Shown one piece after another: positions 25,801 to 37,230 of a DNA stretch of 64,000 bases (positions are counted from its first letter, which is position 1; the number at the start of each line of letters is the position of its first letter). A model generated the notes under the pieces. It had not been told where the DNA came from. It made no database searches and saw only the letters and a program-made list of their open reading frames with translations. Position numbers and translations under genes: made by a program. The stretch comes from Mizuhopecten yessoensis (taxonomy: Eukaryota): assembly GCF_002113885.1 (NCBI RefSeq), contig NW_018408803.1, forward strand, positions 381,912-445,911, in the 5' to 3' direction.

Positions 25801-28800
25801 AGCTTAAAGTCAGTAAATGAATTTGAATTTGAATTTGACTCAATTTTTATCTATAGACTTTGTGTTGTGTAAAGGGTTCATCGTCAATTCAAGCGATCAT
25901 TTGATTAATAAAAAGTTTCATATTTACAGTACGGGATTAACGAATTATAAATACACATATGTATATACGTATAATCCCATGTTAGGATACCCCATCCCTA
26001 TGTGTGTTCGGACACCCGTACACAGCACATCGTTTGCCTCCTCGATAGGAACTCATTTTATCATTTAAATTGTAAAAGTCTGTAGCACTTTGGAAACGGA
26101 GGCCATCACGACGTTCGAACCTTTTCTGCCTTTTATTGTATTATAGGAAGCATTCAGGAATACTTTGACATAGGTCACTTGGCATTAATTAAGAGGCATA
26201 TTGACAGGCATATTAATAAATGTTTAAACGTTATAGCCAAATCTTCACCAGCTGTTCTAAGTTATCTATATTGTAAAGAACAATGACTGTGACATTGATG
26301 TTTATTTATGTTTTTAATTATTTTTTAAGGAAATCTCAGCTTACTTTAAAGAAATGAAATTATCACTTTCTGGGATGAGAGTGTTCCTGTAGAAACTAGG
26401 TTTATGGCGGACAAAACATAATTTCTGTGAAACAAAACATGGTAACTTTATTTATTTATTTATTTTATTTTACAGTCGTATTGGGAAATGTAATGTCACC
26501 AAGAACTGTGTTGATATGATGACGTCGAAGGGAACATCTCGTTACGTGACCACACATCAATTACTCTACTTTATCGTCATGGAAACAGTAAGATTTCTTT
26601 GTGTACTACTAGTAATTTATCATGGTGTGCATTGTATGTGACATACAGGTCTAGCGTGTAGTCCATTCTCCCGGTATCTCTGGAAAATATAGGAACACCC
26701 TATTTCACTCAAGAAACTTTTGCATTTCTGATTGGTAAATTTTCAGGTCATTATTTCTCCCAAATTTATTTTTACTATATTTTACCAGTATATGTTAGTT
26801 TGTCTTCAATATATGTTCACAGGGACCCGCATCCTCGATATCCAGGGGTTACGCTCCCTTTCGCTCTGTTCACCCCTGGGATATGTCATAGTGAAATTGA
26901 AGGCACTGAAATAGCTGTTTGATTGGTCTCCGGTAAAAAAAACCTGACCAATCGTTAGATTGATACCTGTCTTATGAAGATTACAGAGAAGCGACACCCG
27001 ACGTCAAAGCCAGTCAACTTTTACCGTTACGCGACCGCAAGATTGTTTTGATTTACATCAATAAGGTAGAGAGCGTACATGAGCATAACCCGTTGATTAT
27101 CGAGGACGAGGGACCGCTGAATTTGTGACGGTTGGTATGTTTGGACACACCAGGATAGGTGTAAACTTACCAACTGCGACGCATTCTCGGGCCCCTGTGT
27201 AAATGTAAAACCATTTTTCTCATCAAGTGACATTGCAGATCAGCTATTCCAGTAAAAACAACAACTTAAATAACACTAAGTGAAGTCGTAGTCATTTTGG
27301 AAAGCAGTAGTTCTTTAAGGATTTAATTAAGATAAAAGACATACGCTTTTCAATACAGGTGAAATGTCGAGAGAAAGTGGAGGAGTTCCTGGGAGACAAA
27401 GGCGTTGCTAGCTTCCAGAAGGATCTGTGTACTAATATTTACAAAGAGGCTCTCGAGGCGACCTCTGGCGGCAAGGTCATGGAATCGGAGAAAGATTTGT
27501 TTCTGGAAAGAGGTAGGCATTACAAGTTAACTGAAGATGATCCCTTTGCACTGTACCTAGTTATTAAATCTAACCAACGTAAGGATACGTCCTCACGTGT
27601 TTAAAGTAGTTGAGATATTTTAATTTTTATTCATATTACAGACCGTCGGCGGCTACCATCGTCATGTTTCCTCTTCACGTAACTTTTTTTGTATATCATA
27701 AATACTTTTTATTTGCGAGGGGAGGGGTTATATACACATATTTTATATTATGAGAAAACTGTATCCATGCTACCAGGATTTACCCTTCCATTGGTCTGTC
27801 CCTATCCCAGGGGACTTGTCCCTTTGTAATAACATCGAACCGAATGCTTGTAATGTAAAAATGAATACACCTATGCCACTAGGACTAGCCCTGGGGTCCA
27901 GCCCGCTCCTTGGAAACTTAGTTCCTTGATCATAGCATGAAAACTGTCAAGACCCCCCATATAACCATAGACAAATAAGGCATCCTTAGTATTGCCCGAT
28001 GTTTGTGACAGACAGGAGACCAAATTGGGAAATATTTGTATTATTATTACATTTAATGAGATTTGTTTGCTGTGATTGCTTAAAAAGTGCATCTAATGAG
28101 AGATACATTACGAAATATTTGCAGTAATGTAATGTATCAAATGACAATATTTTGCCATGTTTGCTTAAATAACCAGGTGAGAGATACAGCCCATCTTGCC
28201 TATTGTTTACACACTTTCACATTTCGTCATTTTCCCATCAAATTTTATGTCTCTTTTATAAAAAGAAAATTATGTCTTTGACATCCAATTTTGATGAAAG
28301 TTCACACCAGTAAAACAGGTTGTATATTGTTCCGGTTGGTAAGATTTATATTTATTTATATATTCGCTGCATTGTCACTAAATAGACTCACGTTTAGGGT
28401 CATATTACCATAAACCGAAAGGTAGTGAAACAAACGTAACCACAACGGAAACAAAACACGCGGAAGTCTCGCTTGACTTGTATAGGAGTAGAGAAATAGG
28501 ATATTGATGCTCTAGGTTTCTCATTATCATTATACTTGAGTCACGACACGGAACTGTGCTGTAGCTTTGAGCAAGATGCGTTACTCCGCTTGTTCCAGTC
28601 AACTCAGCTGTAAATGAGTACTTGATGAATGGATTTATACACTGCAAGATAAATTATAAAACAGACTTACTCAGTAGAAAGCTGACTTGCAATTCATCAC
28701 AACGGTCGGGGTTCGATTCCCCGATCGGAGGTGTAAGATATGGGTCAGCAGCCCGACCACGTTGGTTTCTCTGGGTACTCCGGTTTCCGTCTACAATGAC

Positions 28801-31385
28801 GCCCTTAGAATTTTCCATCTTGCTTACCGTCAATATATCTCAATATCCACTTTCCCTTTTTTCTTTCTGATTTCCTTTATAAATCCCCCTCGTTATATCG
28901 TCAGTACCCTTTATAATGTCAAAAATTGGTTGAAAAAACGGTGGCAATATAAAGAGGCTTTATATTGCATGTAAGGAAAATGAAAACAGAAAGATAATAA
29001 TAGAAAAGAACTAAACAACATGGTTTTGCGATTAAATTTCTCAACAACTTTGTCTGCCTTCTCAGTTTTACTGTGTGGAACCCTGGGTTACGAGGACTTC
29101 CTTAAGGAGGACTGGATCAAAATGACGCTTCAATGGCCGGACAGTAGGACTGGCTGTTTCAAACCTCGATACCACAGCAGTATATTTACAGGAAGGTAGG
29201 TATGGGGCTTGATTCGTTACACCGTGTACACAAGTGTGCGTTGGTGTACACCAAACGTATTCAAGTATCATGGTGTAACCACACTGGGTGTACGCCTTCT
29301 ACCGAGGTAGAGCAGCCGGTGTAGACGTCATTGCTAACATGGCCGATGATTGGTAAGAGGGCAACGCAAGATGGTAACAAATTAGATTTTTACTCTTGCT
29401 TTCAATGAGAATGTTCCAATGATTACGTTCAACTTCTTTTAGTGTTTGTCTTAGTGTTTTTGATCAATTTTAGGGAGATGTGGTGGTTGAATGGCTTATC
29501 AAGTCCATAATATGGGATTGATCAGACTTAATACCGCAGTATACTAAACGCACCTTCATCAGCGGAGGCGATTGTCTCGCATGTATGTATTTTCAAATAC
29601 TTGTGTCACACGGGTGTTATAAAGTTGTAAGTAACATCGGTATGACACATGTATACCCGAGACAATCGCCTGAGATCACAAGGTTAAGTTAATTTAAAAA
29701 GATAATTCAATGGCAGGAGACATGCGCTCATCAAAGAGAATATCATCTACGGTTTGGAATAGAGACATACTTTCCGCCATGTTTAGTGCACTGAAAACGC
29801 TTGATTCGCATACACACGGCGTAGGAATCAAGCGTGCTCTTCATGGGGATCACGGTGATTTGTAAGACTACTTAACATTTAGGTAGCAAAGAACATGCTT
29901 ACATAAGATTGGTTCAGAGAGGAATAACGTCGAAATGTTTAAAGGAACAAACTCAATACTGTTTCAAATCTAACGCATCAGACGTCTCGACGATTCTTAT
30001 TTCTGATATGTTTTCGCAAACAAAATCATTAAATACATTATGATTTTGGAATGTAAACAAGTAATGTGACGACACGATACTGGAACTTCATGGGAAAAAA
30101 TACCACAAAACAAAAGTCTTACATGAACATATTAATATATTTAGATTTCTAAATGAAAATGTAAATAATTAAACTTCATAACACGTAAATATTTGTTTCA
30201 ATGTGGTCCTGAACGCGCTACACAAAACGTTGTATGTAGATTTTTATCATCGTACAACTTACATGAACAACTCCTTTACGCACCCGTACTCTATGACCAA
30301 GATATGACGCTCACGTTCGCTCTCTGCACCCCTGGACTGTTTCATAGCAAAACTGAAGGACGTCGCTTGCTATTTGATTGGTCTCTGGTAAAAAGAAATC
30401 TGGCCTATCGCTAGGCTGATACCTGTCATTTGAAAATTACAGAGGAACGGTAACCGACTTTGAAACCAGTCAATTTTACCGTTACGTGACCGCAAGGTTC
30501 TTTGATGTAGATCCAAGGATCCAACTAGTCCTCTTGTCTCATCCACAAAGTGTTGCACACCGAGACTTTGATTTTGCTATGACATATCCCAGGGGTGCAG
30601 AAAGCGAAAGCGTGCGTAACCCCCGGAGTATCGAGGATGAACGACTCGTTATCTTTTAGATTTTCATTATCGTACAACTTATCACATCATGTTATGTTTC
30701 ACAGAAGTGAGCGGTCCAATATGAGGAAACTTCTTCGGGAGAAAACTATGAAAGGTAAAGTTTCAAATTCAGCCACAGAACCTACTAAAGATAACTTATA
30801 TATCACTAAGCTTTACCAAGGTCCCCAAGTCCATCTTCACTATATTTCACATAAAACGGCAATAAAACACCACCTTAAACTTAAACTTTCTTATAAATAC
30901 TATTTAATGCAGATATACATTTATGTAGACATATGAAATGACACTCATTGACTTAACGTAAACAATATATCACATGTCTTATGGTGGCTAATCACGGCCA
31001 TCTCGCGTTGTCGCGTTGTCGTGTTATCGCTTTTTCGCGGTTACAAACCGCGATAAATAGAGATTTAGTAAATAAAATGTCACATTGTCGTTTTTTTACT
31101 GTGACAAAGCGACAACTCGACGAGGACATTTAGAACACGCGTTCATATTGTCCTGTTTTCCCCAGATTGTCGAGTTGTCGCTTTGTCGTATTGTCGCGTT
31201 GTCATATTGTGGCTTTGACCTGTTGTCGCCTGGTTTGTTCGCTGTAATATCCATTTTTTGTGTCTTGAACTTGAATTATACTTGTTGTATTCGTGTTATT
31301 TCCAGATGGCTGTCTGTCTCACACCTCCGGGCTGGGGTTCGGAACATTCTGTCTATACCTCCATCACCTCACCATGAATATATGA
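19645..31385 (+). CDS. C16orf89: UPF0764/C16orf89 homolog, secreted, 7 exons, 343 aa (19645-19831, 23571-23889, 26476-26587, 27359-27512, 29066-29195, 30705-30754, 31306-31385)
   Basis: All introns are GT-AG and phase-compatible; the CDS totals 1032 nt, ending TGA, with AATAAA at 31401. N-terminal signal peptide MITKLLIIILHVCIPLVG. Family motifs: N.DGLFGLRVGEGQL, D.C...LLG, C..MMT..G...Y..THQLLYF, DLFLE...LCG.LGY.DFL...W......W....GCF, RKLLREK.M.DGCLSH.SGL.FG...YL. Confidence 0.9.
20440..23070. repeat. 39-bp G-rich minisatellite (gtgtgatcacaggggtataacgagggtcggagaaagcta), ~65-70 copies, in intron 1
   Basis: Clear tandem periodicity; source of the repetitive minus-strand ORFs at 20577-23036. 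Confidence 0.97.
23571..23889 (+). CDS. C16orf89: C16orf89-like exon 2
   Basis: Acceptor ccatacag|GT, donor TG|gtaagt; in frame with ORF 23639..23893. Confidence 0.9.
23890..24170. repeat. Degenerate ~42-bp tandem repeat starting at the exon-2 donor
   Basis: Recurring (a)ggtaagtcacgtgac.../gtaaatcatgtgtc/gataagttgcgtgat units. Confidence 0.6.
24493..24673. mobile_element. Short fold-back element with an internal perfect 15-bp hairpin (24520-24566)
   Basis: Outer arms ggattgttgtctgcgtatgttctg/cagaaaatacgcggacagcaatcc; inner stem tctaatactggcgtg/cacgccagtattaga. Confidence 0.6.
26476..26587 (+). CDS. C16orf89: C16orf89-like exon 3
   Basis: ttttacag|T...ACA|gtaaga; encodes RIGKCNVTKNCVDMMTSKGTSRYVTTHQLLYFIVMET. 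Too short for the ORF track. Confidence 0.92.
26830..27108. mobile_element. CATCCTCG MITE copy 6
   Basis: Family TIR; flanks agggacccg/agggaccgc. Confidence 0.8.
27359..27512 (+). CDS. C16orf89: C16orf89-like exon 4
   Basis: atacag|GTG...AGAG|gtaggc; encodes VKCREK...DLCTNIY...EKDLFLER. Confidence 0.9.
28690..28810 (+). mobile_element. tRNA-derived SINE fragment (second V-domain-like family)
   Basis: ggttcgattcccc B box and ggtttctctgggtactccggtttcc core; a related copy lies on - at ~51650-51865. Confidence 0.6.
29066..29195 (+). CDS. C16orf89: C16orf89-like exon 5
   Basis: ttctcag|TT...GGAAG|gtaggt; encodes LLCGTLGYEDFLKEDWIKMTLQWPDSRTGCFKPRYHSSIFTG. Confidence 0.92.
29207..29833. mobile_element. 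Probable non-autonomous DNA transposon just after the exon-5 donor
   Basis: Imperfect TIR gcttgattcgttacaccgtgt/acacggcgtaggaatcaagc; absent from the paralogous positions at ~40.3 kb and ~57.1 kb. Confidence 0.55.
30281..30639. mobile_element. CATCCTCG MITE copy 7 (ancestral to the duplicated copies at 41139, 49995 and 58006)
   Basis: Family sequence with similar flanks in each duplication unit. Confidence 0.8.
30705..30754 (+). CDS. C16orf89: C16orf89-like exon 6 (50 nt)
   Basis: tttcacag|A...AAAG|gtaaag; encodes (R)SERSNMRKLLREKTMK(D). Confidence 0.88.
31306..31385 (+). CDS. C16orf89: C16orf89-like exon 7 (terminal)
   Basis: tttccag|AT; encodes (D)GCLSHTSGLGFGTFCLYLHHLTMNI*; AATAAA at 31401-31406. 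Confidence 0.9.
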
Positions 31386-33080
31386 GTACGGTATCTGAAG
31401 AATAAACATTACAACTCCACCACAACATTTTCGTTGTAATTTTTACCAAATAACTTCTTTATTCAATAACCCAATATCCGTCGCAAAACATTTATGTTTT
31501 CATTCTGCAATTCATAGATAAATTAACAAACACCATATGTTATTATCAACCAGATCTATTACAGATTGATGTTTGCCAAAAGGAATATGTTTGGATCTTT
31601 GCGTCATACAGCTAGAGTAATAACGGCATACGTCAAATTCAAATTACGAAGAAAATTGATTGATTTGGTTATTACAGAGAACAGGGCCTTGCTGAAATAA
31701 GTTTAGAAGTGTGTTAAAAATAAGTCGCGAACACGACAAGAAAGAAGGGGAAAAGGAAAAAAGTAGAGAGTAAAAAAGTACAAACACACAAGCGCAATTT
31801 ACTTTGTTGTTTGAAAATAAATATAACGATTGAAATTATCTTTTGTCATATTATAATTGTATGAAACACACTCCGGTCAAGGATATAGAACCCAAAAATA
31901 TTTAGTCTTGACCGATCTAAGAAACAATGAACTAGGTAAACACTAGATATCGGTCGTTACTGTATCGATGACCGTTATGTATCTATCTCATGTTGTATCA
32001 TATAAAAAGTATGATTTGATTTTCCGTATATTTCACCTGCGTTTGATCTAAGGGAGACTACTCGTGAAATCTTATGGGCACAACGGACACGTATTGACGA
32101 TATGGTCGAACACAATGTCACTACACTGATATAAAAATAAAAATGATCATTACACGTGGTACAGAGTTCCGGCATACAGCTAAAAACCAGTTGAATTCAG
32201 CATTTATCTCATGTAATTTATTTTACATGTAATGTCTATACTTGATATTATGTTATATCATCTACTAATTTAATTTTAACGAAGTCAAAAGTAATAATGA
32301 CATTTTAGTAAGCTGATTATTTATGCAGCCGTCGGCAACGTCGCACAACCAGGAACTACTGCACACTGAATTACATTTGTATTAAATCGCTCATAATACA
32401 CCACCCCTGTAAATAGAAAGGTAGATAACAACACCCCAAACGTCAGGCTGGGGAGAGCACACCCTAACCGAGCTAGACTGTGTTGTCATAGAACTGTCTG
32501 GCCGGGTAGACAACAAAACACACACTTTTTGGCCTGGCAAATTCTGCAATGTCAGTTACGGATTTCAACAGTTCTCCCGAGGAACGATTTATTAACAGAA
32601 AAACATCTATTATTATGTTTGATGGACGAGTATATTAAATTGTTGTTGTTCGTTGTCTGTGGACGGCCTGACCTTGTAAACAAGGTGAGTTATTATTCGT
32701 GACTACAAATGTACTGTGAATCCTATATATAGAAATATATTCTACAACATCATTGCCCCAACGGGTAATTACCACAACTGCCAACCACTGGATTTTGTGA
32801 AACATAGATTCTAGTGGACACAAGATTTTAGATTAATTCGGTTTTATATTTCTGATGTATTCACTGAAATTTACGTTCTTTTCCAACGGACAATAACCAC
32901 GAGATTTGGTGAAACAAAGTTCACGTGCATAATGATAATCTTGTAAATACTGTCGATTTTTATTCCTCTTGTGGAAACAAACTTTTCAAAAACCAATGTA
33001 AACAGTTAAACATCAACCTGCTCCACTGTGTAATCAACTGTAAATCAATAATCCTCAATTGTTTTCTCCTTTTAGAAAAA

Positions 33081-34706
33081 ATGGCTACTTCCCTAAACAA
33101 AGGTCAGATTCCTTTCCGTGTCAAAGGTCAGACGAACTGTGTTCACCACAAAGGGGGACAACTGGACCTTTACTGTGAGGAATGCCAGCAGCTTGCTTGT
33201 ATTAATTGTCTTTCTTCTGTACATCAGAAACATTCTTTGTGTAGCCTTAGTGAACTCACTACTCAAAAGAAGGAAGACATTCAAAATTTTATAGACAAAT
33301 CTGAGAAAATTGACCTTGTACAAATTGACCAGTACATCACTGTTACGGATACACATCTAAAGGACAATGCCGGCAACTTTGAGAAACTTTCACACCAGTT
33401 AAAGACACAAACTAACAAATTAAAACTGGATCTTGACCTCCTAACAGCTGAGATTCTGTCTCTTTATCAACAAATTGAGGAGGATAACACCAAGCTACTA
33501 CAATCCTACAAACAGGACCTGGAAATGTACAGTACTCAGCTAAAAAATCAAGTACAAGAATGCAAAAAAGCCCTTCAGCGAGGCTCTGACATACAAATCT
33601 ATGACACAGGATGTGATATTCAATCTCCTGTCACAATCCCCGTAAAACCTGCCCTGGGTACCGCTAGCTTCAGTCCTAACCAAAATCCTCAGGGTGACCT
33701 GAAACAAGCTTTTGGAGAAGTAAACATTTCAGGTCAAGGTCAGGGGCAAGCCTTTCAAAGTCGTGATCGTTCAGTTGGAACATCTGCTGGATTATTCTCC
33801 ACACAACCTCAGGCAAAACTAAAGATAAAGACACCCTCTACTACTCAACAGAGATCAAATGGAAGAAAGGAAGTGACCAGTCCAGTAGATACCCTGTTGT
33901 CTCAGACCAAGATGTTGGGGGAGTGGGAGTCTCTATGTGGCATCACCTCTGTATGTCCCACCACTGATGGTCAGGTGTGGACCAGTTACTTTTCCAGTAA
34001 GACCTTAACTCTCCTGGACAGGAACGGGAAAGTTATACAGGAGGTTAAACACAATACTAAGATCAGAGACATAAGTCTGTCACCCACAACCAACACAATG
34101 TGGGTCTGTGACTGGGAAAACCACATCATAGAGCTTGTGTCAGGACGGCTGGTACATCGATTCAGCTACGGGGAGGAACCACGGTGTATCTGTATTACAG
34201 CTAGTAACCATGTCATTGTGGGGATGGACAAACACATCTCAATATTCACCACTAAAGGTACATTGGTACATACTACATTGGCAGCAGGGACGTGGAAACC
34301 ATTAGTGCATGCACCATACAGGATCTCAGAGTGTCCTGTCACTCACAATGTTGCAGTGGCTGACATTGACGGTGGTAAAGGGAAACCATGTGTAGTTGTC
34401 ATGGACACAGATTTCAAGGTACTATTTGTATATGGTGGTGAAGTCCCACTTACATATCAACCAACATCAAAGTCAGGAGGTAAACAATTTTACCCCTGGG
34501 GTGTGGTGTATGACAGTGTGGGTAACCTGGTCATAGCGGACTATAACAAAAAGCGTGTCCTACTCATCAGTGGGCGTGGTGAGTTCCTCAGGAACATACA
34601 CAGAGACAACAACATACCACGGGCTGTTGGTGTAGACAAGGCGGATGTCCTGTGGACTGTGTTTGGGTTTAACAATGTCAAACTTCTACAGTACAGCAGG
34701 TTGTGA
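33081..34706 (+). CDS. RING-less TRIM-like protein (B-box2, coiled coil, S/T/Q linker, NHL-like beta-propeller), copy 1, 541 aa
   Basis: B-box CVHH-x-LYCEECQQLACINCLSSVHQKH; heptad-rich helix; blades such as PWGVVYDSVGNLVIADYNKKRVLLISGRGEFL. The ATG at 33081 aligns with paralog starts and follows an acceptor (ttttag); the likely 5'UTR donor is caag|gtgagt at 32684. AATAAA at 34834. Confidence 0.93.
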   Translation: MATSLNKGQIPFRVKGQTNCVHHKGGQLDLYCEECQQLACINCLSSVHQKHSLCSLSELTTQKKEDIQNFIDKSEKIDLVQIDQYITVTDTHLKDNAGNFEKLSHQLKTQTNKLKLDLDLLTAEILSLYQQIEEDNTKLLQSYKQDLEMYSTQLKNQVQECKKALQRGSDIQIYDTGCDIQSPVTIPVKPALGTASFSPNQNPQGDLKQAFGEVNISGQGQGQAFQSRDRSVGTSAGLFSTQPQAKLKIKTPSTTQQRSNGRKEVTSPVDTLLSQTKMLGEWESLCGITSVCPTTDGQVWTSYFSSKTLTLLDRNGKVIQEVKHNTKIRDISLSPTTNTMWVCDWENHIIELVSGRLVHRFSYGEEPRCICITASNHVIVGMDKHISIFTTKGTLVHTTLAAGTWKPLVHAPYRISECPVTHNVAVADIDGGKGKPCVVVMDTDFKVLFVYGGEVPLTYQPTSKSGGKQFYPWGVVYDSVGNLVIADYNKKRVLLISGRGEFLRNIHRDNNIPRAVGVDKADVLWTVFGFNNVKLLQYSRL

Positions 34707-35509
34707 AATCTGGACAAACCACCATGAATATACAGAAACAAACACTGAAAGGATGCTGAAAAAAATATCTTGAAAAATTTCAACCCAAGATGTAAACTAC
34801 GGACCTGAGAAGTGTACCAACGCATTAGACAGTAATAAACATGTACGACAATTATTGAAATGTTTAAATTAAAAACAACAACAAAAAATCTAATAATTAA
34901 TTTAATCACAAAAAAACTGAACATGATGTTTGACGATAGTGATGAACTTCGGAAGAACTTCTCGGCCTAAAATAATATTTGACTTTTTTTTAGAATCCAA
35001 ATTCTTTGATGAATATCTATTCCCGCTGAAATGTAGTAAGTTGACTTGATATATTCTGCTGCCATTTTAAGCTGACCTGATGTCACAATATGGCTGTCGA
35101 ATGAATATGTGAATATTTTTTATATAACTAGTTTTAACGATCAGCTGTTCAATTCAATTACTCGAACATGTGTTATGCGTAAATAAAAGTTTTTGTTTGT
35201 CATCAAGTAAGATCTGTATTGTTTATTTCAAATGTTAGTATATATCTCATTACTCCAGCAAACTGCAGGCCACATTTCTTCACTCTCAACCTGTCTGTTC
35301 ATAGTTCATAAGACCATTTCGTTTAAAAACGTTGAAATATTTTAAATACGTGACTTTAAATATGGATCAAGGTCATCAGGTTATATTATTGAAAACACTG
35401 ATGAGAAAACATTTAACATTTATCGTTCAGGTGTTATTTTGTTCAAGTAAACTATTCAATCCATAACTAAAGGACCTTTTATCATTCAAGTAAGATCTTA
35501 ATAATTTCT

Positions 35510-36125
35510 TCAGTGTCCGGAATTAAAAGGTTCCACTGAAATATATTAAAGTGTCGAGGCAAACAATCAGTGTTCCATTTACAGAGAAATCCAAGTCTCA
35601 AGCCTACCGAGGTTACCCTGTAATAACAAAGTGTCCGGATTAACGAGGTTTCGATGTATATACAACGTGTTCGGAATAACTAGATTCCTCTGTAATAACA
35701 AAGTGTACAGACTAACGATCTTCCACTGTAATAACAATGTTACCGTACTTATGAGGTTCCCCTGTAATAACAAATTGTGCGGACTAACGAGGTTCCCATC
35801 TAATAACAAAGTGTCTAGACTACAAGGTTCCGCTACCATAACAAAGTGTCAGGACAAACGACGTTCTGCTGTGATAACGTGTCTGGAATACAGGTTCCGC
35901 TGTAGTGACAATGTGTCCGGACTATCGAGGTTCCACTATGATAACAAAGTTTAAAGACTTACGAGGTTCCGCTGTTATAACAAAGTGTCCGGACTAACGA
36001 GGTTCCGCTGTTATAACAATGTTTCCGGACTTACGAGGTTCCGCTGAAATAACAATGTGTGCGGATTAACGAAGTTTCCGCTATAATTACAAAATGTCCG
36101 GCTTATTAATATTCCATTGTACAGA
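35510..36125. repeat. 36-bp satellite (taataacaaagtgtccggactaacgaggttccgctg), array 1
   Basis: Tandem periodicity; appears as a 12-aa repeat in the ORF track. Confidence 0.9.
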
Positions 36126-36584
36126 GTAATCAAAGTATATTTATTTTTTCCATTTAAATCGCACAATGATAACACAACAGTAATTCAATGTTTCCAATTT
36201 ATAGAATTACATCATAAAACACAAACTGACCATTGAAATGTCATATACCAGAATAGCTTTTATTTTGAATAATTTTAGAAGTGATGGTGGCAAGAATTTT
36301 ATTGAAAATACCAATACCCATGAATTTAACATTTACCGTTCCGTAGCAAACAATTTTATAATCTTAATAATTTTACTTACTCTGATCGTTTATAGAACTT
36401 AAAAATAATAATAAGAATTTTAGTACAAATTTCTCGCCCTACTCGAGAAAAAAAGACCAATAAAGAAAATATCTTTCTACTACAATGGTTTCTTTGTGAT
36501 ATGCTAGTCTCTTGTTTTATTAATTCTATTATTGTAATTTTACGCGATTAAATCGCACGTGCAAATAGTCCAAATAATGTTTCA

Positions 36585-37230
36585 ATTATTGCAGAAAATA
36601 TCATGCAAAAACGTGAAGAAAAAAACAAACAATGCGATTCTATCATGGTATCTTCCGGGCAAGGATAGAGAAGCCGAGGTGAATCCCCATCCTTTTACCC
36701 CCTTGAACGGAAAATGGACTAAACCTGTGTTTATTGCCGTGAATGGGGAGCCTGCAATCGAAAGGGGTAGATAGCTATAGTACACATCGGGAGAGAGCCA
36801 GGTACCGGCCTATTTAGTAGCCCCAGTTAGACCCGGTGGGTTGTATAAAGCTCCCTTGGGAACTACGGACTCGGGTGCATTGCATGTAAAAGGAAAGGTT
36901 GAGAACTCGTCAGTGTTATAAACACAAGGAAAGTTTTGTAGAAATTGTGACTTTTACACCAATAGTGAAATTGACCGATTGTTTACTGTGATGCTCAGAG
37001 CGTAAGGGAATGACTGATAGCCCAGACAAGGGTGGAAATAGAACGTGTTACTTATACATGTTGTTATAGCAGCCATCTAACGTTATATATCATTGCGATA
37101 GGTAGAAAAGATTCAAACCTAAGACACTTACAGGTTAAAGCACCCTTTATGTTTAGTAATCCAAATGATTTACTGTCGAACAGGGATGGGTGGGTTAGAA
37201 TTGGTAAACACATTAATTTAGAAATATAGA
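36585..37230 (+). pseudogene. Decayed coding-like module, possibly a TIR-domain remnant (also at ~38790, 48470, 54685, 55463, 62555)
   Basis: Acceptor-like ttgcag/ttgtag in several copies. Frameshift-joined readings give KDRE.WVN..LLPLEWKLDY.C...RD, ESQV..YLV.P and PVILGD..KLPWEL. Stops and frameshifts occur in all copies; the identification is by eye only. Confidence 0.3.

Noticed and set aside
29196-29199. C16orf89-like gene ending at TAG after exon 5
   Set aside because: The donor AG|gtaggt and phase-compatible exons 6 and 7 supply the conserved C-terminus.
32925-33080. 52-aa N-terminal extension of TRIM-like copy 1
   Set aside because: Non-ATG start, not conserved in paralogs, and it ends in a splice acceptor; likely intron.
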